A stretch of 43,647 nt of DNA from a virus (taxonomy: Duplodnaviria; Caudoviricetes): the IMG/VR virus record IMGVR_UViG_3300012940_000048, positions 1-43,647 of that record; one strand, 5' to 3'. The notes under the pieces were generated by a model that worked only from the letters and a program-made list of their open reading frames with translations, was not told where the DNA came from and did no database searches. The position numbers and the translations under genes were made by a program. Shown here one piece after another: positions 1-8,322 of the stretch. The first letter of the stretch is position 1. Each line of letters opens with the position of its first letter.

Positions 1-1
1 C

Positions 2-166
2 ATAACAATTGAAACCGACTCCGGGCCAATAACTTGCCAAGCATCCGATGAGCTTTCCCTCGTCGTTCTCGTCTCACCCAAAGGCGAGCCCATCTATCTC
101 CGCCCCCATCAACTCGAGGCCCTTCGCCGAGCACTAACCCAGTGCAAAGAAAACCTCCACCGCTAG
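2..166 (+). CDS. 5'-truncated hypothetical early protein
   Basis: Open frame ITIETDSGP...KENLHR ends at TAG 164-166, overlapping the AGGAG RBS of the next gene; no start codon in the window. Confidence 0.55.
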   Translation: MTIETDSGPITCQASDELSLVVLVSPKGEPIYLRPHQLEALRRALTQCKENLHR

Positions 167-175
167 GAGCCCCTA

Positions 176-499
176 ATGCCTTTCCAAATCATCGCCAAAC
201 CAGCCCGCAAATATCATCACGAACTACTCGGCCTTCTCCCTTTCATCTTTCGCGAGGATGATCCCCGGCCAGCGGCCGAACAGGCCAACGAGCGTTACGC
301 ACACGGCGGAGGCTGGCAGCCCTTCGGCGGCTTTACCCTTGGCCAGGAGGATGAAATCCTCTACCCCGGCGATACTGCCTTCCGCCCCTTCGCCCGCCTC
401 CGCCTCCCCCTTTCATCCGAGACCGTCCTCGTCTATCCATATTCCTGGGTAGTGGTGAAGAATGATGACGGAGGATGGGAGGTGTGCCGGATGGATTAA
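176..499 (+). CDS. Hypothetical phage early protein
   Basis: 107-aa ORF with AGGAG RBS and phage-typical codon use. Confidence 0.8.
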   Translation: MPFQIIAKPARKYHHELLGLLPFIFREDDPRPAAEQANERYAHGGGWQPFGGFTLGQEDEILYPGDTAFRPFARLRLPLSSETVLVYPYSWVVVKNDDGGWEVCRMD

Positions 500-534
500 C
501 GCAGTTCTATCACCACAATCCGAAAGGAGTTCCC

Positions 535-654
535 ATGAACCCTCTCCCCATCTCGCCCGTCCCCGTCCGCTACGGAGTCGCGATCATCATCCTCATGTGC
601 GCAGTCGCTTTCATCTGCAAGGTGATTGCACGAGGCGCCCTCTTGGCAGTGTAA
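535..654 (+). CDS. Small single-TM membrane protein (39 aa)
   Basis: AAGGAG RBS; MNPLPISPVPVRYGVAIIILMCAVAFICKVIARGALLAV; below the ORF-track cutoff. Confidence 0.65.
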   Translation: MNPLPISPVPVRYGVAIIILMCAVAFICKVIARGALLAV

Positions 655-657
655 GAT

Positions 658-816
658 ATGAAAACCCTCCTCATCATCCTTAACCTCGCCGGAGGCCAGC
701 CCGCCATCATCGACTATCCCGACGCGGCGGCTTGTGAGCGCGCGGCGGAAGTTTTTAACAAGGAGAATAGAACAGTGATGCTTTGGGCCTACGCATCTTG
801 CATCCCCGCGCCCTGA
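658..816 (+). CDS. Small hypothetical protein (52 aa)
   Basis: MKTLLIILNLAGGQPAIIDYPDAAACERAAE...SCIPAP, tightly packed after the previous gene. Confidence 0.65.
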   Translation: MKTLLIILNLAGGQPAIIDYPDAAACERAAEVFNKENRTVMLWAYASCIPAP

Positions 817-878
817 GTCGAAACCGGGCTTGCCCCGGTCCGCTGGACATAACCTCCCGGCGCTGATGAGACAGGTTA
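817..878 (+). ncRNA. Type II hammerhead ribozyme with pseudoknot (HH-A)
   Basis: Stem II GUC817-819/GAC870-872; GAAA 820-823; stem III CCGGG/CCCGG; GUC cleavage triplet ending at C840; stem I CGCUGG/CCGGCG; core CUGAUGA 863-869; loop UAACCU 850-855 pairs with AGGUUA 873-878. Confidence 0.92.
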
Positions 879-945
879 GGAACCCCAATGCGCATTTCAA
901 AGAAAATTCCCTTCGGCCGAGTCCTTTATGAAGAGAGGTGGTGAA

Positions 946-1128
946 ATGATAGTGAAGCCCGCTAACAACCTTTTCCCCGAGGGCAGCTACATTGTAGTTC
1001 GTGACGGCGTGGTCATCTGGCGTAGCCCCGAGATCAAATCCAACCACCCCGCTGAAACCGCCAAGCGCCTCTCAGAAGAAGTGAGGGCCGAGGGTGGAAA
1101 ACTTTTTTTCATTGTCGGAGGTCAATAA
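946..1128 (+). CDS. Hypothetical protein
   Basis: GAGGT RBS then ATG 946; stop overlaps the next start. Confidence 0.7.
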   Translation: MIVKPANNLFPEGSYIVVRDGVVIWRSPEIKSNHPAETAKRLSEEVRAEGGKLFFIVGGQ

Positions 1129-1427
1129 TGGGCATCTATCTCAATCCAAAGGATATGCCGAAAGAGGACTGGCTGCGCCAACACGGCCAAGTCATCCTCG
1201 ACGAAAAGCGAGGCATCAGCCTCCCCCCTCCCTCCCACATCGAGGGCGATAACGTCGCCGTCTGCCTCGTTGACAACGGCGACTTTACCGCAGCTGGCGT
1301 GGCCTACTCCGCCGACGAACTCGCCTCCTTCGCCCACCCTGACGACCGCAGGCCGAAGGTTTGGCTTTGGGTTCCCATCTCCGAAATTGAGAAACTCATT
1401 CCAGGTTTTCGCGAGGCCCTCAAATGA
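1128..1427 (+). CDS. Hypothetical protein
   Basis: GGAGG RBS, 99 aa, coupled to neighbours. Confidence 0.8.
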   Translation: MGIYLNPKDMPKEDWLRQHGQVILDEKRGISLPPPSHIEGDNVAVCLVDNGDFTAAGVAYSADELASFAHPDDRRPKVWLWVPISEIEKLIPGFREALK

Positions 1428-1609
1428 CTTCCTTCATCGAAACGATAAATGAGGCGGACCGCAATGTCCGCCTTTTCCTGCTCTCCCACATAACCTTCCT
1501 CGAACTCACCGAGCGCTTAACCGACCTTGGTGCCTCGGCCGTAGACGAGCGGGGTTTCGTCATCTTCGGCCTTCGCCTCCGCTACAAGGAAACTCCCCAT
1601 GTTTTTTAA
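1424..1609 (+). CDS. Hypothetical protein
   Basis: ATGA overlap, 61 aa. Confidence 0.65.
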   Translation: MTSFIETINEADRNVRLFLLSHITFLELTERLTDLGASAVDERGFVIFGLRLRYKETPHVF

Positions 1610-1907
1610 CTCCCGGAAATCCCGCAAAAGGGCCGAGGAAGATCTCGGCATAATCTCCCTTGCAAGTTCCTCTGCCACCGTCGCCGAGACCTCCCGCCAA
1701 TCCGTTGTCGATGCCCTCTTCGATGTGAACGCGCGCATCGCTAAACTCACCGCCGACCGCATTCGCATTGAAGCGGAGCTAGAAGAGCTAGTCGTCATTC
1801 GCGACGCTCTTTCCCCTGCCATCGCCACAATCGACTTCGCTGAATCCCTCATCATCGAACAGGAGACCGAGAATGGGAACGATCCAGTTTCACCTAACGT
1901 CGGATGA
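1599..1907 (+). CDS. Hypothetical coiled-coil protein
   Basis: AAGGA RBS; heptad-like segment. Confidence 0.7.
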   Translation: MFFNSRKSRKRAEEDLGIISLASSSATVAETSRQSVVDALFDVNARIAKLTADRIRIEAELEELVVIRDALSPAIATIDFAESLIIEQETENGNDPVSPNVG

Positions 1908-2076
1908 CGTTGACCTCATCCACCGCTATCGCAGGGGCGAACGGCTTACGCCGGACGAACTCACCGCGGCGAAGCTCGTCTGCGAGCTTTCCAACCTCAA
2001 CGACCTTCTATCCGAGCCGGCGGACGAGCAATTTTCCCCGGACGGATATGGAGTGCAAGACGGAGCCAAGCTATGA
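1873..2076 (+). CDS. Hypothetical protein
   Basis: AGGAG RBS, 67 aa. Confidence 0.7.
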   Translation: MGTIQFHLTSDDVDLIHRYRRGERLTPDELTAAKLVCELSNLNDLLSEPADEQFSPDGYGVQDGAKL

Positions 2077-2240
2077 CCGAGACCTTTTCAATCCTCGCCC
2101 TCGTCGCCTGCATCCTCGCATGGCTGACCCACGTAATCACCTGCATCGCAGTCGGCGCATGGGGCTTCCTAATCGCAGGAGCCCTTTTCTTCCCCATCGC
2201 CATAGTCCACGGCTTTGGCATTTGGTTTGGAGCGTGGTGA
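2073..2240 (+). CDS. Small two-TM membrane protein (55 aa)
   Basis: GGAG RBS; MTETFSILALVACILAWLTHVITCIAVGAWGFLIAGALFFPIAIVHGFGIWFGAW; ATGA and TGATG coupling. Confidence 0.75.
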   Translation: MTETFSILALVACILAWLTHVITCIAVGAWGFLIAGALFFPIAIVHGFGIWFGAW

Positions 2241-2773
2241 TGGATAAAGCACCAGAAAAACTTTGGATGACAGCCGAAGAAATAGGCTGGCCGGGGAGTT
2301 TCCGCTCTTTCCGCATGAGCGACTTGGAGCATCCTGAGGATGAGTATCCTGCCTACGTCCGCGCAGATCTGTATGAGCAGGTCAAGCGGGAGTGGGACGG
2401 ACTTAAGGCCGAGAACAGGAAACTTCGCAATCTGATTTCGGCCACGCATAAAAATCCAGTGAAGCATGAGAATTGCAGAAGACATTATTGCCCGATATGC
2501 GAGGGCGGATTGTTCCAATGTGCTGACTGCGGGGCGGTTGAGATAGAAACCGAAGAACGCGTTTGCACAGCCGCCGAGCGCCTTACCGGGGCGCGGGTCG
2601 TGACGGAGGCGATCGAACAAGCTGCCCGAATTGCCGAAAGCCATATTGGTGAACCCGGGCTGTCTGACAACCCCGCCTACGTTCGGTACGATCCCGCTGA
2701 CCTGATGGCGAAGAAAATAGCCGCAGCCATCCGCAATCACGCCCTCAAGGCCGCTATGGAGGTAGGAGGATGA
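2240..2773 (+). CDS. Hypothetical protein with Cys-rich putative Zn finger
   Basis: True start probably ATG 2240 (MDKAPEK); CxxxxCxxC and CxxC motifs. Confidence 0.7.
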   Translation: MDKAPEKLWMTAEEIGWPGSFRSFRMSDLEHPEDEYPAYVRADLYEQVKREWDGLKAENRKLRNLISATHKNPVKHENCRRHYCPICEGGLFQCADCGAVEIETEERVCTAAERLTGARVVTEAIEQAARIAESHIGEPGLSDNPAYVRYDPADLMAKKIAAAIRNHALKAAMEVGG

Positions 2774-3027
2774 GGACCGGCGACATAGTTTTGCATCGAC
2801 CCTCTGGCGAGGAATGGCTCGTCGCATGGGCCGACCATCAATCGGGATATATGGCACCGTGCGGCTGGCCGACGTGTCAGGCAAAAATCGCTGATTGCAC
2901 AATTGTGCGAGAGGCCGACGATAATGACAGCGACAAATTGGTCGATGAACTGTCCCGATCAGGTCGCAGCGATGCTCACCGCGCCGCCGCCATCCGCTCG
3001 CTGAAAGGAGGCCGTGATGCACAGTGA
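2770..3027 (+). CDS. Hypothetical protein
   Basis: GGAGG RBS, ATGA overlap. Confidence 0.75.
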   Translation: MRTGDIVLHRPSGEEWLVAWADHQSGYMAPCGWPTCQAKIADCTIVREADDNDSDKLVDELSRSGRSDAHRAAAIRSLKGGRDAQ

Positions 3028-3259
3028 CCTTATCGCCAAGATGGGCGCAGTGAAGGCGCAAGCGTCTCAACTGCCTTATCGTGACGGCGACGGATATTCT
3101 TGGGGCGGAGAGGCAGTGCTCACCATAGGCACCAGATCGATAATGATTGGCGCGGGCGCGGAGGCTTTGGCGCTTGCCCATGAAATCGCTCGCCGCTGGA
3201 ATGTCGATTACGATGACACTCCCGACGCCCTCAAATCTCTGGAGGCGCGGGATGGCTAA
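3017..3259 (+). CDS. Hypothetical protein
   Basis: AGGAGG RBS. Confidence 0.75.
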   Translation: MHSDLIAKMGAVKAQASQLPYRDGDGYSWGGEAVLTIGTRSIMIGAGAEALALAHEIARRWNVDYDDTPDALKSLEARDG

Positions 3260-3392
3260 GCCCTTCAAGCTCGAAACAGTAGGCTTTGTTGGCCCTCACG
3301 GTCACTATGGAACGCTGGACGACGCCAAGGCCGCCGCCCAAGCCGACTACGAACGCTGCATCCTCTCCGCCCTCGCAGGAGCCAAGCCATGA
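3252..3392 (+). CDS. Small hypothetical protein (46 aa)
   Basis: GGAGG RBS; MAKPFKLE...TLDDAKAAAQADYE. Confidence 0.6.
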   Translation: MAKPFKLETVGFVGPHGHYGTLDDAKAAAQADYERCILSALAGAKP

Positions 3393-3655
3393 GCTTGGCC
3401 GACAACTATCGTAGGGGCAGCCATCGCGGGCCATGCCGTTCCGCCCTTTCCATAGTCCAGGAGCTAAACCTCTTCGCGGAAGAGCGCAAGCTTTCCGACG
3501 AGGAAATCGCTCGCCGCGCTGGCGTCCACCCCATCACCCTCAGCCACTGGCGTCGCGGAAAACGATCCCCCACCCTCCAGAACATCGAGGCGGTGGTCGA
3601 GGCCCTCGGCGGCCGTCTTACAATCGAGTGGGAAGATGAAAAACCAGCTGAATGA
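3389..3655 (+). CDS. XRE/Cro-family helix-turn-helix DNA-binding protein
   Basis: LSDEEIARRAGVHPITLSHWRRGKRSPTLQNIEAVVEALG matches the HTH_3 pattern. Confidence 0.9.
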   Translation: MSLADNYRRGSHRGPCRSALSIVQELNLFAEERKLSDEEIARRAGVHPITLSHWRRGKRSPTLQNIEAVVEALGGRLTIEWEDEKPAE

Positions 3656-3806
3656 ACTAGCCTCTAACGCCACCTCCACCTTTCTAACCGAGAACGCCGA
3701 GATCGCCCTGCAGGCCTCCATCGAGCTTCTCCTAACCACCGTGCCAACTGCCGAGGTCGTAAGACGCTTGCGCCTTTGGGCGGATTATTTGGAGGAACGC
3801 CAATGA
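3636..3806 (+). CDS. Small hypothetical protein (56 aa)
   Basis: MKNQLNELAS...WADYLEERQ fills the gap, with ATGA coupling to the next gene. Confidence 0.6.
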   Translation: MKNQLNELASNATSTFLTENAEIALQASIELLLTTVPTAEVVRRLRLWADYLEERQ

Positions 3807-3970
3807 AAATCAGCCCCTTCACCCTCACCGACTCTAAACCGAAGATAACGCTCGCTCACTGCATCGCCCTTGAGGGCCTTAAACGGGTCGGGGAATTACT
3901 CGAGCAACGACTAAAGGAGCGGACCAATGCACCCACTGATCATGCGAGCAAAAGCGAAAGCCGAAGCTGA
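3803..3970 (+). CDS. Hypothetical protein
   Basis: GGAGG RBS, ATG 3803. Confidence 0.65.
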   Translation: MKISPFTLTDSKPKITLAHCIALEGLKRVGELLEQRLKERTNAPTDHASKSESRS

Positions 3971-4115
3971 CTTCATTTGGGAGTGGAACAAACTTCGCTG
4001 GCCCATTCTTTCCTCTTCATGCGCCGCCCGTAAGTCCCTCGTCATCCGATCCTTTTTGGAACAGAAACTTGAGATCGAAAGGATTAAGGAAGATGCAGAT
4101 CGAGTTAGGCCCTGA
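3927..4115 (+). CDS. Hypothetical protein
   Basis: AAGGAG RBS. Confidence 0.65.
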   Translation: MHPLIMRAKAKAEADFIWEWNKLRWPILSSSCAARKSLVIRSFLEQKLEIERIKEDADRVRP

Positions 4116-4356
4116 CGGCAACTTCGCCCTCACCCTCCACAACGGGCACACCGTCGCCATTCCCCTCACCCTTTCCGGCCTCGCCGCCATTCGCCGCATC
4201 TTACTTTCGGCCGAAACATCGGAAGACAGGCGAATAGGAACCCGCGGTGCCCCGATCCAGCACATGATCGACCAATGGCTTAAAGCCGACTCGGCCCGTA
4301 AGGCCGCTGAGGCCGATGAGTTCGCCAAATCCCTCAACATCGAAATAGACCTTTAA
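4093..4356 (+). CDS. Hypothetical protein
   Basis: AAGGA RBS, ATG 4093. Confidence 0.75.
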   Translation: MQIELGPDGNFALTLHNGHTVAIPLTLSGLAAIRRILLSAETSEDRRIGTRGAPIQHMIDQWLKADSARKAAEADEFAKSLNIEIDL

Positions 4357-4366
4357 AGGAGTAAAA

Positions 4367-4729
4367 ATGTCTAATGCCAGAACACAACGTCGGATCGGCA
4401 TGTACGCTGACGTGCGCGCAATCCTTGACGAGGCCCTAGCCTCGGGCGGCGGCGAGGTTACGTTGGAAACGTATGGAAAGGCCGTCCACTGGCGTCACCG
4501 CGCCTACGCCTTCCGCAAGCTCTACGCCACCACCGTAAAATCCGACAGCCCCTATGACCGCCTCACCCTTCGGCGAGTCCCGGAAGGCTCTTCCACCGTC
4601 CGCATCGACCTCATGGAACAGCCCGCCATCTTCCGCCCCAAACCAGGCGGCCGCCCCGTTCTCACCGAAGAGGACGACGAGTTGGAAAGCGAAGCCGCTC
4701 GCCTCGCCAAAGAACTGGGGATCGACTGA
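4367..4729 (+). CDS. Hypothetical protein
   Basis: AAGGAG RBS, 120 aa. Confidence 0.8.
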   Translation: MSNARTQRRIGMYADVRAILDEALASGGGEVTLETYGKAVHWRHRAYAFRKLYATTVKSDSPYDRLTLRRVPEGSSTVRIDLMEQPAIFRPKPGGRPVLTEEDDELESEAARLAKELGID

Positions 4730-5019
4730 TGGAATGGAAGGAGGAATACCGCAAACTCATCATCGAGTACGAGCCCTATCGCAAGCACTGGATCGCGTGG
4801 GTCATCGCGCCCTTGGGCGCCGAAGGAGACTTCTGGTTCAAAGGTACTGGCCCTACGCCTCAAGAGGCTTTAGCCTCCGCCGAAGACAACCGAATAAGCG
4901 GGTACCATGTGAGTAAGCGCATCACCGAGTCTCGCTACGTAAAGGGCGGCTACGAGCGAGCTACCATCCCGCCCAAAACCACTGACATCAACATCGACGA
5001 ACTGGAGTTCAAGCTATGA
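4729..5019 (+). CDS. Hypothetical protein
   Basis: TGATG coupling. Confidence 0.75.
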   Translation: MEWKEEYRKLIIEYEPYRKHWIAWVIAPLGAEGDFWFKGTGPTPQEALASAEDNRISGYHVSKRITESRYVKGGYERATIPPKTTDINIDELEFKL

Positions 5020-5270
5020 CCAAAATCATCTCCGTTTCCATCACCAACTACGGCTCCACCCCTTCCGGCACAGCTTCAATCTCTTTCGACGGCGGAACCA
5101 TGAGCTTGGAGCTCGACAAAGAGCTTTGCGAGAAAGTCTTCGCCATCATCAACAACCACATGGCAGCGAAAAAAGCTGAGATGGCTAACGCCATCCACAA
5201 CATCGCTCCCATGCCCCTCTTGGGCTACGACTCTTCCAAAACCATCGACAACGACGAGATGCCTTTCTAA
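5016..5270 (+). CDS. Hypothetical protein with acidic ...NDEMPF tail
   Basis: GGAG RBS, ATGA overlap. Confidence 0.75.
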   Translation: MTKIISVSITNYGSTPSGTASISFDGGTMSLELDKELCEKVFAIINNHMAAKKAEMANAIHNIAPMPLLGYDSSKTIDNDEMPF

Positions 5271-5279
5271 GGAGCCAAA

Positions 5280-5477
5280 ATGTTCTACGTCACTTTCTAC
5301 CTCAACGATGTTACCTTCAACCACAAGGTCCGTGCCCGTACGATGGAGGAGGCGCTGCAGCGCGTCAGCGACTTCTGCGCCGGCATCCGCTACACAGGGG
5401 TAGCACTTGCCCCACCTCGCATCGAGGCAATGTCAGTCAAGCCGACTCGCGGCGTGGAATATGAGGAGGAGTTCTGA
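5280..5477 (+). CDS. Hypothetical protein
   Basis: AAGGAG RBS. Confidence 0.75.
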   Translation: MFYVTFYLNDVTFNHKVRARTMEEALQRVSDFCAGIRYTGVALAPPRIEAMSVKPTRGVEYEEEF

Positions 5478-5947
5478 TGGAACGCGGCTTCAAACTTCTT
5501 CCCTCTTACGATGGGCGAGACCATCCACGCAACTATGGCATCGGAGCGATGCGAATGTACTGGTGGATCAAGGGGCCGAAAGGCGCCATCAGCATCACCA
5601 TGTTCACTTCGTGGTTTCTTCCTCATCTTCAACTTTCCTCCTTCACCACATATAGCACCTATCCTTTCGGCGCTCTTGAGCATCTAATGCAGCCACATTT
5701 ATGCTCCATCGACTATCATTCCTTTGACCCCTCTTACGAAGGTCAGAATAAAAGCTCTTGTGACCTCATCGAGGGTGGATGCTATTGCGACGGAACCTCG
5801 CTGTGGTTTGGTGAAGCTTGGATGGAGGGGTTCTTGCACGGCGGTAGTGAATGGCTTTACGCTCGGATGGAGGACCTTTACCGCAACGTTTGGGAGGGTG
5901 GCCCGGAGGTAGACCTCACCCCCATTCCCGTAACTTTTGGAGATTAA
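5477..5947 (+). CDS. Hypothetical protein
   Basis: GGAGGAG RBS; CDLIEGGCYCDG motif. Confidence 0.8.
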   Translation: MERGFKLLPSYDGRDHPRNYGIGAMRMYWWIKGPKGAISITMFTSWFLPHLQLSSFTTYSTYPFGALEHLMQPHLCSIDYHSFDPSYEGQNKSSCDLIEGGCYCDGTSLWFGEAWMEGFLHGGSEWLYARMEDLYRNVWEGGPEVDLTPIPVTFGD

Positions 5948-5949
5948 AA

Positions 5950-6276
5950 ATGCCCTGTATCCGCACCGGCGCCCACATCTACATCGAACCATATCAGGAG
6001 TGGGCGATCTCCGACGCTTTCGAGATCGAGCCCCTTCTATCCCAAGCCCGCTGGATGGAGCTTCATCGCTTATGGGGCTCCCCTCCTCTTCCGGGCCTCT
6101 ACTACTTCCGAATAAGCCACCGGAGCCGAGAGCCCCTTCGCGATACTCACCACTTTACCATTCATGACTATGATAACTGGTTCGATAAGGATGGCAAAGA
6201 GTCTCTTTTGGTAACAAACAACTGTAGTTATCACGGCTATAACGGAATGGAGATTAAAGATGGCATATCTGAATGA
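5950..6276 (+). CDS. Hypothetical protein
   Basis: GGAG RBS, ATG 5950. Confidence 0.65.
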   Translation: MPCIRTGAHIYIEPYQEWAISDAFEIEPLLSQARWMELHRLWGSPPLPGLYYFRISHRSREPLRDTHHFTIHDYDNWFDKDGKESLLVTNNCSYHGYNGMEIKDGISE

Positions 6277-6505
6277 ACCACAGGAGTCTTGCCCGTATCT
6301 TGATCGAGCTATAGCCGAATTTGAAGATGCGGCTGATGATATTATCTACAGGTTTCGCGAAGCAATTTCTAAAGCCTCAGAAGAGATCGATGAGGTCCGA
6401 AACATAAACGAAACTCTCCGCCTACAAAACCAAGAGTTCGCAAATAAGATCGCCGAACTTGAGGACCAAATCCGCGACCTAGAAAATAGGCTTGACGATG
6501 CCTGA
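6260..6505 (+). CDS. Acidic coiled-coil hypothetical protein
   Basis: GGAG RBS; heptad-rich C-terminal half. Confidence 0.75.
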   Translation: MAYLNEPQESCPYLDRAIAEFEDAADDIIYRFREAISKASEEIDEVRNINETLRLQNQEFANKIAELEDQIRDLENRLDDA

Positions 6506-6749
6506 GTGTCCTGTAACTATCCTAGGCAGCCTTCCCGTAATAGCTGAAGTTTCTTTTGGTTACGACTCCTTTACCGGAGAATATTACGCTGACGTAGATG
6601 AAATCTATTGGCGAAAAAGAAACGGAAGCAAAGGAAAACCAATTTCGAGTTCAGTCAGAAATCGGGCCAATAAATATGACCCTTATTGGGCCTATCTAAT
6701 AGAAGAGGCCAATGATTATTTAGTCCATGAAAAGGAACGAAACGAATGA
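6498..6749 (+). CDS. Hypothetical protein
   Basis: ORF coupled to the helicase start by ATGA. Confidence 0.7.
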   Translation: MPECPVTILGSLPVIAEVSFGYDSFTGEYYADVDEIYWRKRNGSKGKPISSSVRNRANKYDPYWAYLIEEANDYLVHEKERNE

Positions 6750-8200
6750 GCTTCACCCCCACCCCCGAGCAACTCGCTTGTGTTGAGGCATCCGCATCCT
6801 CGGACGACAACCTCCTCATCCGGGCCCTCGCCGGCGCAGCCAAAACCTCCACCCTCGTCCTCATCGCCGAGGCCCTTCCCTCCACCCAAATCCTTTGCCT
6901 CGCTTTTAATAAGCGCATCGCAACTGAGATGCAGGAGCGTTTGCCAAACAACTGCACGGCCCAAACCCTGAACAGCATTGGGCACCGTGTATGGAGCGAG
7001 GCCATCGGTCGCCGTCTCCAAATCAACCCCTCCAAAACCTACGACATCTTCACCGAGATCCTTTCCAAAACCAACGACGAGTTTCTAAAGAAGGAGGCGT
7101 ATGAAAACCTCGCCGACCTCATGCGGACGGTCGATTTTGGCAAAGCTTGCGGCTTCATTCCCACTGGCCATTACGACGGTCAGCCCTTCCGCGCCAAGCG
7201 CCTGATGGACACCGAGGAATTCTTCGGCCACCTCGATGAAGAGCTTCCCGACTACCTCCAAGACCTCATCATCGAGGTGACGCTGGTGTCACTGAAGATG
7301 GCTTTCGAGGGCAAGTGTGATTACAACGACCAGATCCTCATGCCCACCGTTTTCCACGGCGCATTCCCTCGCTTCCCCCTCGTCCTCATCGACGAGGCCC
7401 AGGACCTTTCTTCTCTAAACCACGCGATGCTTCGCAAGCTTGTGAAGAAGCGGCTGATCGCGGTGGGCGACGAGAACCAGGCCATCTACGGTTTCCGAGG
7501 GGCGCACGAGAACAGTATGTCCCTCCTTCGCGAGGAGTTCTCCATGCGTGAGCTTCCCCTCAGCATCAGCTTCCGCTGCCCCGTCACCGTGGTGAAGCAC
7601 GCCCGCTTCCGTGCCCCTGAAATGAAGTGGCCAGAATGGGCGAAGGAGGGGGAAGTCCGGACGTGGCAGTCCTACACCGCGAATGAAATCCCAGACGGCT
7701 CCGCGGTCATTTGCCGCAACAACGCTCCGCTCTTCAACTTCGCTATTAAGTTGCTGAAGAACGGTCGGTACGCGGAACTCTACGGGAATGACATTGGCAA
7801 GAGCTTGCTCAAGCTGATGAAGAAGCTCGGTCCCGAGTCCCTTCTGCAAGATGACGTGATGCAGAGGATCGCGGACTGGGAAGAGGAAAAGCTGAAGAAG
7901 GCAAAGAACCGAGGGGAAGATGGGGTCCGGGATCGGGCCGAGTGCCTCCGCATCTTCGCCCGGCAGGGCAAGGACCTCGGCGAAGCCATGGCCTACGCTC
8001 AGCACGTCTTCAACTCCCGAGGCCCTCTCAAACTTATGACTGGGCACAAGTCTAAGGGGCTGGAGTTCCGGGACGTTTTCTTCCTCGACGAACATCTTGT
8101 GGGGGAGAAGGGGCAGGACCCCAACCTCCGCTACGTCATCATCACCAGAGCAAAGGAGACCTTAACCTACATAAAGACTGAAGACTTTGTAGATACTTGA
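6746..8200 (+). CDS. UvrD/Rep-like superfamily 1 DNA helicase
   Basis: Q motif TPEQ; Walker A ALAGAAKTS; LAFN; IDEAQD; VGDENQAIYGFRGA; SFRC; TGHKSKGLEF; YVIITRAK. Confidence 0.93.
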   Translation: MSFTPTPEQLACVEASASSDDNLLIRALAGAAKTSTLVLIAEALPSTQILCLAFNKRIATEMQERLPNNCTAQTLNSIGHRVWSEAIGRRLQINPSKTYDIFTEILSKTNDEFLKKEAYENLADLMRTVDFGKACGFIPTGHYDGQPFRAKRLMDTEEFFGHLDEELPDYLQDLIIEVTLVSLKMAFEGKCDYNDQILMPTVFHGAFPRFPLVLIDEAQDLSSLNHAMLRKLVKKRLIAVGDENQAIYGFRGAHENSMSLLREEFSMRELPLSISFRCPVTVVKHARFRAPEMKWPEWAKEGEVRTWQSYTANEIPDGSAVICRNNAPLFNFAIKLLKNGRYAELYGNDIGKSLLKLMKKLGPESLLQDDVMQRIADWEEEKLKKAKNRGEDGVRDRAECLRIFARQGKDLGEAMAYAQHVFNSRGPLKLMTGHKSKGLEFRDVFFLDEHLVGEKGQDPNLRYVIITRAKETLTYIKTEDFVDT

Positions 8201-8204
8201 GACT

Positions 8205-8239
8205 GATATGGCCGTATGCCCATGACATCGGACCATACC
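8205..8239. repeat. 35-bp imperfect palindrome, copy 1
   Basis: GA-TATGG-ccgt-ATG-cccatga-CAT-cgga-CCATA-CC. Confidence 0.8.
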
Positions 8240-8257
8240 TAAATCTCATAAACCCAG

Positions 8258-8285
8258 TTGACACGTTCGTCCAATATGATATTGT
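8258..8285 (+). promoter_or_regulatory. Sigma70-type promoter
   Basis: TTGACA 8258-8263, 16-nt spacer, TG-extended TATTGT 8280-8285, upstream of the AAGGAG RBS. Confidence 0.6.
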
Positions 8286-8322
8286 GCGGACGTATCCCAA
8301 ACGCCATGCAAAGGAGTTTCCC

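Noticed and set aside
1-60. Possible third hammerhead (GAAAC...CCGAUGAG)
   Set aside because: Core is CCGAUGA, stems do not pair, and the region reads as coding
1904-2239. N-terminal extension of ORF 1904-2773
   Set aside because: Overlaps two better-supported genes; low-complexity Arg/Ser/Pro translation
1997-3268. 423-aa minus-strand ORF
   Set aside because: Antisense shadow of several RBS-bearing, coupled + strand genes; no motifs
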